IMG/VR virus record: IMGVR_UViG_3300021505_000001
Span: 64,001-128,000 of that record
Reading direction: 5' to 3' (one strand)
DNA: 64,000 nt
Source: a virus
The position numbers and the translations under genes are program-made. The notes under the pieces were generated by a model, which was not told the DNA's origin, did no database searches, and worked only from the letters and a program-made list of their open reading frames with translations. Below, piece by piece: positions 9,848 to 17,985 of the stretch (positions within the stretch are counted from its first letter, which is position 1; the number at the start of each line of letters is the position of its first letter).

Positions 9848-9928
9848 AAAAGAGGTTTTTAACCTTGATGCGTAAAGTTTTTCTTTAAAATCAACATATG
9901 GATTTTATGTAAAATAGGGTGATTAAAA

Positions 9929-10519
9929 ATGAGAATTCCTTTATATAAGTGTAAAAATTGTTCTTGGTTCACAAGATATGATAAGAATACAAATACAGTT
10001 TTTTGTAATTACGAGTTTATAAATTCAGTACAAGTTACGGTAGATATGAATGAACAGAAAGTTGTAGACTGCCCTAAAAAACCTGTTGGAGTGACTGTTA
10101 AGATAGTAAAGGATTACAATGTAGATTTGCCTTTTTATGCTACTCCGAACTCTTCAGGTTTTGACTTAGCTGCTTCTACGATAATAATAGTGTGTCCAGG
10201 AGAAAGACTCGTAGTACCTACAGGGTTGAAACTTGAGATTCCTAATGGTTATGAACTTCAAATAAGACCTCGTTCTGGTTTGTCTTTAAAATCACCTTTA
10301 ATAATAGCAAATTCTCCTGGTACAATAGATGCTGATTATAGAGGTGAAATTGGAGTTATTATTTGGAATACAGATAATAACAAAAACTATGTTATTAATA
10401 AAGGTGATCGAATAGCTCAGGGTGTTTTATCTAAAGTAGAAAGAGCTAAATTTGTTGTGGTTGATGAATTATCAAGAACAGATAGATAGGAAGGTGGTTT
10501 TGGTCATACTGGAAGGTAA
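9929..10519 (+). CDS. dut: Trimeric dUTPase with Cys-rich N-terminal extension, interrupted by in-frame TAG at 10487-10489
   Basis: SGFDL, RPRSG, GTIDADYRGEI, GDRIAQ; motif V reads TDR-*-EGGFGHTGR-TAA. Confidence 0.9.
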
Positions 10520-10522
10520 ACA

Positions 10523-10906
10523 ATGATTTTATTAGAATCAATCCTTATTAATTCAACTTTTAATACTGTTTTTGTTCTTAGTTACTATGACGGGATAAAA
10601 GAAGAAGTTGATATTGAAAATTCAACAGTTTATTTATGGTATGAGTATGCCTTAGATATTGACGGTGAATACTGGTTAAGAATAAAAGCAAATACAAAAG
10701 AAATATTGTTTGATTACCTTAAAAATTTAATAGGGATTAGAGATTTGATTAATAACTCAGAAGTTACTTTATGTGAAAGATTGTACGAAAAATATTTTGA
10801 GTTAAAAATTGTGGATATGTTAGAATTAGTTTACCCAGAAAATGTAAGACTTGGTTATAATTTCCTAAATAAGTTAGAGAGATGTTTTAATGTATTTACA
10901 AAATAG
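10523..10906 (+). CDS. Hypothetical protein
   Basis: ORF starts 3 nt after the extended dut stop. Confidence 0.6.
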   Translation: MILLESILINSTFNTVFVLSYYDGIKEEVDIENSTVYLWYEYALDIDGEYWLRIKANTKEILFDYLKNLIGIRDLINNSEVTLCERLYEKYFELKIVDMLELVYPENVRLGYNFLNKLERCFNVFTK

Positions 10907-11093
10907 AGATTCCCATTCTGAAATAACTAAAAATAATATCGATTCCAGTCGATACTATGTATCTTATCCTGAAAATGTATGTAGTATTCATACTATAAGC
11001 TATTCAGTGATAGGTCATGCTGTATATTCAGTAACCGTATTATTTGATCAAGTAGTATAGTAAAAAAATATTAAAGTGTAGGAGGTATTTTAT

Positions 11094-11432
11094 ATGGTTA
11101 AACATACTATTTTTGGTATTGGAGGAGTATTTATTTTTATAATTTGTATATTGGTTATTACAGTAACTATAAGGTTTGGAGGTTTGTATATAGAAAGATT
11201 CTTTGCTCCGAAAGAACAATCTGTGCAAAGACAAGTTTTTGAGGAAACAAAATCTTATGTATACGGTAGTATCAGAGATATTGCCAAATATCATGAGGAA
11301 TATTTAAAGGCTGATAAAAAAGAGAAAAGAATTATTGCTAATATAGTTAAAGAAAGGTTTCCAAATTTTGACCCTGATAAAATACATAGTTATACATTAA
11401 GACAGTGGTTTGTTACTGTAAGAGGGTATTAA
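11094..11432 (+). CDS. Membrane-anchored hypothetical protein
   Basis: N-terminal TM segment, AGGAGG RBS. Confidence 0.7.
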   Translation: MVKHTIFGIGGVFIFIICILVITVTIRFGGLYIERFFAPKEQSVQRQVFEETKSYVYGSIRDIAKYHEEYLKADKKEKRIIANIVKERFPNFDPDKIHSYTLRQWFVTVRGY

Positions 11433-11446
11433 TTTAGGAGGGTATT

Positions 11447-11935
11447 ATGTTGAGAAGATTAAATAGTATATTTATTTTTGTGTGCTTGATTGTTGTGCTT
11501 TTTAATGGTTGTAATGATTCTGATCCCGATGTTGTTCAAAGAAGGCAGACAAAAAAACTGATGAATGAAATTAACAGGCAGATTGGAATGCCTAATATTG
11601 TAAACTTCCAACAGAAAAAACTCATGAAGATGATTTATGAAGAATGTGATAGGGAGAATTTGATTTGCTATGCTTATATTGTAGCTAAATATTCGGGGAA
11701 ACTTGTACCTTTAGGCAGATGTGTAGGATATGGAGTTCCTTTTTCGGCACAATACACAAATCCAGAGAGGTACTATTTGAATGGGGCTACGTTGCCACAA
11801 CCAGACCCAAATGGGATATTTATGCCTACAAGTTCGTCTGCTACTTGGTTACTTCTTATAGACCCTAAAACAGATAAACCGAGACTTGTCTATGTTGAGC
11901 CGGAGATAATTGTTTCCCCTTTCCCTTTAAGATAA
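11447..11935 (+). CDS. Putative lipoprotein
   Basis: Signal peptide ending LFNG-C; GYGVP..QYTNP, PQPDPNG motifs. Confidence 0.7.
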   Translation: MLRRLNSIFIFVCLIVVLFNGCNDSDPDVVQRRQTKKLMNEINRQIGMPNIVNFQQKKLMKMIYEECDRENLICYAYIVAKYSGKLVPLGRCVGYGVPFSAQYTNPERYYLNGATLPQPDPNGIFMPTSSSATWLLLIDPKTDKPRLVYVEPEIIVSPFPLR

Positions 11936-12149
11936 AAGGAAAAGGGGAAATTAAAGGAGAGAATGCAATGATATTTCTTGAAAAGTATTTACTTCAAATA
12001 ATGTTTCTATGGTATCTATCATATTGGATATTTTTGTTTAGGAAAGCAATAATTTCAAAGATATATAAGGTTTGTAGCTTATGTAATATCTGTGGTAAGA
12101 ATAAACTATAGAAATTACTGAGGATAATATAAGTAAAAAAGAGGCAAAA

Positions 12150-12572
12150 ATGTTTTTTAGAGACCAATATTTCTTTCTTAGTAACTTTGCTTTCTGTAAA
12201 ATTAAATTAAACGGATTATTATTTAATTCAGTTGAAACAGCTTTTCAAGCTGCTAAGACCAAAGATTTAGAGACCATGAAAACTTTTTGTACTTTAACAC
12301 CTTCGCAAGCAAAACAGAAAGGTAGACATATAAAACTAAGATCAGATTGGGAAGAAATTAAATGTTCAGTAATGTATTCTTTATTGAAGCAAAAGTTTAG
12401 TCAGCAACCATTTAAAGAATTATTAATAGATACAGGTAATATACATATCCAAGAAGATAATTATTGGGGAGATACTTTTTGGGGTGTGTGTAATGGTCAA
12501 GGAAAAAATAAATTAGGGGAATTACTAATGAAAATTAGAGAAGAATTAAAAGAAGAAATGAAGTTATTGTAA
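12150..12572 (+). CDS. NADAR family (YbiA-like) protein
   Basis: FLSNF, SVETAFQAAK, RSDWEE, KF.Q, DTFWG, G.NKLGELLM.IR. Confidence 0.9.
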   Translation: MFFRDQYFFLSNFAFCKIKLNGLLFNSVETAFQAAKTKDLETMKTFCTLTPSQAKQKGRHIKLRSDWEEIKCSVMYSLLKQKFSQQPFKELLIDTGNIHIQEDNYWGDTFWGVCNGQGKNKLGELLMKIREELKEEMKLL

Positions 12573-12607
12573 AGATTTTTGAAAAATAAGATAGATATAT
12601 GATTTTG

Positions 12608-12616
12608 TAAAACATT
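12608..12616 (+). promoter_or_regulatory. Putative late promoter motif TAAAACATT
   Basis: Exact copy of the recurrent motif, intergenic. Confidence 0.5.
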
Positions 12617-12750
12617 TTAAAGTTAGAGTGGTATATTTATGGTAGTTAACTATTTAAAAACCTTAAAGCAAAAAGGAGGGCTATTATGGATTAAAGAAAG
12701 ATTTGGATATTATTAAAGAAAGAAACTTATACAGAAAAGGAGGGTTTACT

Positions 12751-12978
12751 ATGAAGGTAACATTTTGGAGTGCTTTAGCTTTAGTAGGAGCCTTAGCACA
12801 GGATTTATCTGAAGCCTCGGCAGACAACAAAATTACAGTAACAGAAGCACTTGATATTGTGAAAGATATTTGTGAGAAGCTTGGAATCGAATTTGATGAA
12901 GTAGGATTTGATTTGGCAAAGCAAAAATTTGTTACAAACGAGAAAGATTCAAAAGGAGGTAAGGATAAAGATGATTAA
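12751..12978 (+). CDS. Hypothetical protein
   Basis: Start moved to ATG 12751 behind AAGGAGG. Confidence 0.6.
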   Translation: MKVTFWSALALVGALAQDLSEASADNKITVTEALDIVKDICEKLGIEFDEVGFDLAKQKFVTNEKDSKGGKDKDD

Positions 12979-13342
12979 AAAATCATTTTTGATGAGTTTT
13001 ATTATATTTTTTGCCTTTATATTTTTTAGTACCATGGCATTTGCGGGTGGGACTTATTTGAAATGGGACCCTCCTGCTAATGCTAATCAGGTTACTGTAG
13101 ATGGTTATAAAATATATTATGGAACTACTTCAGGGGAATATACAGGGGTTACTAATGTGGGTAATACTACTAGGTATCCTATAGGTGCTTTGGATTTACA
13201 ACCGGGCACTACTTATTATTTGGCTGTTTCTGCTTATAATAAAGCAGGAGAGAGTGAAAAGAGTAGTGAAATACAATATACTACACTAACTGCTCCTGGT
13301 TCTCCTACGGGGGTTCAAGTTATTGTAATTTCTAATAATTAG
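12971..13342 (+). CDS. Secreted fibronectin type III domain protein
   Basis: Sec signal ending AFA; LKWDPP, GYKIYYG, LQPGTTYYLAVSAYNKAGES. Confidence 0.85.
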   Translation: MIKKSFLMSFIIFFAFIFFSTMAFAGGTYLKWDPPANANQVTVDGYKIYYGTTSGEYTGVTNVGNTTRYPIGALDLQPGTTYYLAVSAYNKAGESEKSSEIQYTTLTAPGSPTGVQVIVISNN

Positions 13343-13348
13343 GTTTTA

Positions 13349-13391
13349 AACAATTGCCAAGATTTTTATTTACAAAATCTTGGCAATTGTT
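13349..13391 (+). terminator. Long hairpin, probable terminator
   Basis: AACAATTGCCAAGATTTT/AAAATCTTGGCAATTGTT. Confidence 0.65.
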
Positions 13392-13447
13392 GTTTTAGAA
13401 GAGGTTAAATTGATTATTAAAAAAGATAATAAAAGGGAAATAATATA

Positions 13448-14296
13448 ATGTGTTTAGGACATGCAATAATTAATACTATTTCAGGAGCGCATTTTATAAC
13501 CTGTGTTAATTTTAACTATAATAAAAACAATCTTGATCAATATAAAGATAAAAAAATAATTATATATGAAGGGTTTGACAAATTACATGAAGCAGGTTGG
13601 CGTTTACCAGCTAATACATCAGCACACCCACTTGAAAAAGATCATGTTTGGATTTGTCCTGAATGTTATAAGGAGTGGCTTGAGAAAAAGACGAGTTACG
13701 GCAATTTATATTTAATATCAGACTTACACTTAGGTGATCCAAGACTTGATTTATTTTCAAGGGACTTGTATTTTAATTCTGTTGATGAAATGAACAATAC
13801 TATAATTAATAATATCAATGATATTGTTAGTATAAATGATGATTTACTGATTGTAGGTGATGTTTGTTATGATAGAGAATCCGTTTCTTTGTTAGATAGA
13901 ATAAATTGTAAAAAAAGGCATCTTATTATTGGTAACTATGATGAAAATAAACTTGATCTTCTTGAAGATAAGTTTTTAACAGTTAGACAGTATTTTTCAT
14001 TTGAAATTGAATATAAAGAAAATGATTATTTTGGTATATATGTAGCTCATAAACCTGTTGATATAATAAAAGCTAAAAACAATCCTCATATAGCAGAAAA
14101 GTTAGAATTCGGAATATGTGGACATATACACGCACTTTGGAAAGTCAAGAAATATCCTGTTCCAATGGTTAACGTTTCAGCAGATATTTGGAACTTTAAA
14201 CCTATTTCCTTTTCAAGACTAATGTGGCAATACAATGGAATAATTAACTATTATGATGAGAATGTTTTCTTTGAGGACTGTAAAAATTTAAAATAG
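13448..14296 (+). CDS. Calcineurin-like metallophosphoesterase with N-terminal extension
   Basis: SDLH, GD, GNYD, HKP, GHIH motifs. Confidence 0.85.
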   Translation: MCLGHAIINTISGAHFITCVNFNYNKNNLDQYKDKKIIIYEGFDKLHEAGWRLPANTSAHPLEKDHVWICPECYKEWLEKKTSYGNLYLISDLHLGDPRLDLFSRDLYFNSVDEMNNTIINNINDIVSINDDLLIVGDVCYDRESVSLLDRINCKKRHLIIGNYDENKLDLLEDKFLTVRQYFSFEIEYKENDYFGIYVAHKPVDIIKAKNNPHIAEKLEFGICGHIHALWKVKKYPVPMVNVSADIWNFKPISFSRLMWQYNGIINYYDENVFFEDCKNLK

Positions 14297-14352
14297 GTAA
14301 TGAGATGATAAGAATGATATATACAGGAGTTATTTTTGTGGGAGGATAACCT

Positions 14353-14694
14353 ATGACACATGATGAGTACGTAGAAAGGTTAAAAGAATTAGGACAAGAA
14401 TATGATCGTAAGAAAGAACAATTGGATTTTGAGTTTGAAATAGAAAATAATCCTATTAAAGCATGTAAAATTTTAACCAACAAAATAAGTATATTAAACA
14501 AAAGAAATTCAGAATTATCATCTAAACTTATTGATTTAGAAAGAAAATTAGAACAAGCAAAGAAAGATACTATTTCTTCAGAAAGAAACTATTGTATATT
14601 TTTGTTCGAATCTATGTCTTTTTTGGATAGATTAAAATTTCTCTTCAATAAGAAGGTTGATTTTAATAAATTAAAAGTTTTGGAGTCTACATAA
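14353..14694 (+). CDS. Hypothetical coiled-coil protein
   Basis: GGAGG RBS, heptad-like composition. Confidence 0.6.
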   Translation: MTHDEYVERLKELGQEYDRKKEQLDFEFEIENNPIKACKILTNKISILNKRNSELSSKLIDLERKLEQAKKDTISSERNYCIFLFESMSFLDRLKFLFNKKVDFNKLKVLEST

Positions 14695-14730
14695 TAAAAA
14701 GTAATTTGAGAAATTTTGTATTAACTTATT

Positions 14731-14801
14731 GCCTGGATGGTGGAACTGGTAGACACAAGGGACTTAAAATCCCTCGGCTTTTAATAGCTGTGTGGGTTCG
14801 A
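14731..14801 (+). pseudogene. tRNA-Leu(UAA) truncated in the T-loop
   Basis: GCCTGGA acceptor 5' strand, D arm, AGGGA-CTTAAAA-TCCCT anticodon arm, long variable arm, GTGGG-TTCGA; the expected 3' CCCAC and TCCAGGC are absent. Confidence 0.85.
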
Positions 14802-14822
14802 CAAAAGAGAATAGGAAAATAA

Positions 14823-15035
14823 ATGAAATTAGATATAAAATATTTGAACATTGTTTGTAACGACCCCTGGTTAAAATGGAAAAAGGGTAGAAATAAAATC
14901 TTGAAAAATGCCCCTGATAAATTTAACAAATATATAGCAAAATCAATTATACAGTACCGATTGATTTTTGATACTAAAAACCTAAGAAAAACAGTTGGTG
15001 AATATCTATCAGAAGCTATAAGATTTAAATATTGA
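14823..15035 (+). CDS. Hypothetical protein
   Basis: ORF directly after the thyA-tail remnant. Confidence 0.5.
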   Translation: MKLDIKYLNIVCNDPWLKWKKGRNKILKNAPDKFNKYIAKSIIQYRLIFDTKNLRKTVGEYLSEAIRFKY

Positions 15036-15263
15036 TTTTGTGTTTCTAAGGATATAAAAAGGAGGTAAGCAAAATGATATTACCAAAAATAGCTATTTGT
15101 AAACCAGCAAAACATACAGGCAATTGGGTTTTTGACCTGAAACATATATTACATCGTTTAACTTTTGGTGTAATATTATTTGATCATGTTGAACCTGATG
15201 GAAGAACAAGTTTTGAACACCATAAAGATTTCATTATATATTATATATAATGAGGGTAATATT

Positions 15264-15527
15264 ATGGATTACCGATTGTTAGAATTGATGTATAATGAGA
15301 AGAGAGGTATTACTACAAGGTATGGTCGGACGTATTATCCTATAAAATCAAGGTCATGTAAAAATTGTCATTTTGCAAATTACGATTCTCATTCCTTGTT
15401 GTTTAAAGGATGTGAGTTCTTTAATAAAGAAAAATCGAAAATTTGTATTCCTGTTAGAGATGATTCAATTATGTCAGAAATTCATGCTGATGATATTCGA
15501 GAGTATATTTATAAATATCTTTTATAG
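15264..15527 (+). CDS. Cys-containing hypothetical protein
   Basis: Start moved to ATG 15264 behind GAGG. Confidence 0.5.
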   Translation: MDYRLLELMYNEKRGITTRYGRTYYPIKSRSCKNCHFANYDSHSLLFKGCEFFNKEKSKICIPVRDDSIMSEIHADDIREYIYKYLL

Positions 15528-15554
15528 GATAAAATATTGTAGGAGTGGAATCTA

Positions 15555-15824
15555 ATGTTTAAAAAGTATGTTAAGAAGCCAACAATTGTTGAAGCAGTAC
15601 AATTTACTCATGATAACAAAGACCAAGTACTGAATTCTTTGACAGGTAATTTTATAGCTGACTTTGAAGATGGACAACCTGTACTCAAAGTTGTTACAAT
15701 TCATGGAGATACAGCTATTGTACGTCTTGGAGATTGGATTATAAAAGAGAAAACACCTGGGTTTTATTATCCTGTAAAGGATGATATTTTTAGGTTGATA
15801 TACAAGGAGAAGATTGATGTCTAA
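15555..15824 (+). CDS. Conserved small phage protein
   Basis: KKPTIVEAVQF...GDWIIK...YPVKDDIF pattern. Confidence 0.7.
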   Translation: MFKKYVKKPTIVEAVQFTHDNKDQVLNSLTGNFIADFEDGQPVLKVVTIHGDTAIVRLGDWIIKEKTPGFYYPVKDDIFRLIYKEKIDV

Positions 15825-16041
15825 TGAACAACTATCTCAATTGGAAATAGAATCTGCGGTAATTAAGTGTATTCAAGAATATGTTTATCCAAATGATACA
15901 GAGGAACTATATAATAGTGTTGCCAATATCTCAGATATAATCAGTAGACTACTTTTAATTATGTTTGAGAAAAACTTGATTAATATAAAAGATATTGAAT
16001 TTGTAATAGACAATAAGATAAAAGGAGGAAAAAGTAGTTAA
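15814..16041 (+). CDS. Hypothetical protein
   Basis: Overlapping start, AGGAG RBS. Confidence 0.55.
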   Translation: MMSNEQLSQLEIESAVIKCIQEYVYPNDTEELYNSVANISDIISRLLLIMFEKNLINIKDIEFVIDNKIKGGKSS

Positions 16042-16123
16042 TTTATTTAAATTGGTATTAGGCGAAGTTGTTATGACTTGTAATTATTTTAGTTAGTAGA
16101 TAAGAAATTGAAGGAAATTAATT

Positions 16124-16324
16124 ATGGAATGGTTTTTACTTTTTTATTTATTGCCTGTAATAATAACATGTTGTATTTATTTTTATATGGTGTATAATAC
16201 TAAGTGTGTTAAACATCTTTTTGGTTGGATATTATGTTTTTGTCCGATTTTAAACTTGTTTTGGTTTTTGCTTCTTATTTGTATGATTTCTTATTTGTTT
16301 AAAATGTCAAGAACAAAGAACTAA
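16124..16324 (+). CDS. Small two-TM membrane protein
   Basis: Two hydrophobic segments. Confidence 0.55.
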   Translation: MEWFLLFYLLPVIITCCIYFYMVYNTKCVKHLFGWILCFCPILNLFWFLLLICMISYLFKMSRTKN

Positions 16325-16336
16325 TTGGAGTGTATT

Positions 16337-16600
16337 ATGTTTGATTTTCTGAAGTGTTTTTTCCATATACATAAGTGGAAATATGTTTATGAAGTATTTG
16401 ATGGGATATTCCTTGGAGAATATAATCCTCAGTTTGTTAAGAAGTTTAGAATCTGTGAAAAATGTGGTGTAGCTCAGAGACGTGAAATGTTATATGAAGG
16501 TGTCTTTTGGGATACTTTATCTGTAACTGAAATAAAACTTCTAAAAAAGAAGATTAAAGATAAAGGGAATTATTATATTATCTTAAATAAGTTTGATTGA
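16337..16600 (+). CDS. Small His/Cys putative Zn-binding protein, paralog A
   Basis: HIHKWKYVY...KKFRICEKCG. Confidence 0.65.
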   Translation: MFDFLKCFFHIHKWKYVYEVFDGIFLGEYNPQFVKKFRICEKCGVAQRREMLYEGVFWDTLSVTEIKLLKKKIKDKGNYYIILNKFD

Positions 16601-16609
16601 GAGAAAGAT

Positions 16610-16876
16610 ATGTCTGTATTTAACTTTTTAAAGCGTTTTCATATACATAAGTGGAAATATGTATATGATGTGTTTGATGATAAATTCCTTGGGGAGACTT
16701 GTCCACAATTTGTTAAGAAGTTTAGAATCTGCGAAAAATGTGGTGTAGCTCAAGAATATCAAGTAGTTCCAAAAGAGGGTACTTATAATGAATTATCTAT
16801 ATTTAAGACTGTTATATTGAAACGGAAGATAGAGGATATGGGAGATTACTATGTTCTTAAAAGAAGTTTTAGATAG
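16610..16876 (+). CDS. Small His/Cys putative Zn-binding protein, paralog B
   Basis: Tandem paralog of the preceding gene. Confidence 0.65.
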   Translation: MSVFNFLKRFHIHKWKYVYDVFDDKFLGETCPQFVKKFRICEKCGVAQEYQVVPKEGTYNELSIFKTVILKRKIEDMGDYYVLKRSFR

Positions 16877-16943
16877 TTTAGAAAAGAAAAAATCCTATAA
16901 AAAGTGTTCCTAAAATACTTAATTATAAATAAGGAGTTGTTAT

Positions 16944-17786
16944 ATGTTTTGCTTACATCATAGAGATCATGATGGGTTTTGTTCTGCAGCAATAGTTAAC
17001 TATAAATATTCGAGATGCAGATTTAAGGATATTAACTATGGGGAGGAGATTGATTTTGAAAGTTTAATTAAACCAAACGAGATTACTTTTATAGTTGATT
17101 TTTCTTTAGAAACAGAGGAGAGTTGGAAACGACTATTAAAGGTAACCAAAAATGTAATTTGGATAGATCATCATAAGTCAATTTTAAAGTATAATGATGT
17201 GGCAGGTCATTTAGAGGGTGTACGTAAAGTCGGAAATTTAGTTTCGGCTTGTTTTTTAACTTGGAAGTTTTTATTTCCCGACCAAGAAGTACCTGAAATA
17301 GTTAAACTAATTAGTGATTTTGATACATGGACTTTCAAATATGGTGATAAGACTTGGCATTGTTTTTATGGATTATACACTGAGAATTATACAAATCCTA
17401 AAGCTAAAGTTTGGGAAATATGTTTTGATAGCAACGAGCCTATTAAGTCAATTATAGATAAAGGAAAAATAGCAAAACAAGCTATAGGGTCTTTATATAG
17501 AGAATGTTTATCTCCTAATAAGTTTTTTGTTAACTTAGAAGGGTATAAAGGTATCTGTATCAATTATATGAGGTGTAATTCAAGTATATTTAGTACTGCG
17601 AAAGAAGATTTTGATATTATGATACCTTTCTATTATAATGGAAGTAAATGGATTTTTTCTCTATATGCAGGAGATAAGGATATCGATGTCAGTAAGATAG
17701 CTGAAAAATTTGGTGGTGGAGGACACAAAGGAGCGGCTGGTTTCAAATTAGATAATATTCAAGACTTCTTAAAGTATAAAATTTAA
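16944..17786 (+). CDS. DHH/DHHA1 family phosphoesterase
   Basis: D.DG, IVDFS, WIDHH, GGGGHKGAAGF. Confidence 0.9.
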   Translation: MFCLHHRDHDGFCSAAIVNYKYSRCRFKDINYGEEIDFESLIKPNEITFIVDFSLETEESWKRLLKVTKNVIWIDHHKSILKYNDVAGHLEGVRKVGNLVSACFLTWKFLFPDQEVPEIVKLISDFDTWTFKYGDKTWHCFYGLYTENYTNPKAKVWEICFDSNEPIKSIIDKGKIAKQAIGSLYRECLSPNKFFVNLEGYKGICINYMRCNSSIFSTAKEDFDIMIPFYYNGSKWIFSLYAGDKDIDVSKIAEKFGGGGHKGAAGFKLDNIQDFLKYKI

Positions 17787-17985
17787 GAGGTAGAAACAAT
17801 GAAAAATAATCATATAGAATCAGAGTATCAAAAAATATCACATGAACAAATAGATATACTTTATCAGTTTGTATCAAATTTATTAAACAATATCAAAGAT
17901 TTAGATACAGATTTTTCTAAGACAGTAGATCAGAACTTTTGGAAGTTGATATAAAATTTTATTCGTAGGAGATTAAACAGAAAAG

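Noticed and set aside
14731-14801. Functional tRNA or standard attP
   Set aside because: The 3' T-stem and acceptor strands are missing, the retained part is the 5' portion, and no integrase is in the window.
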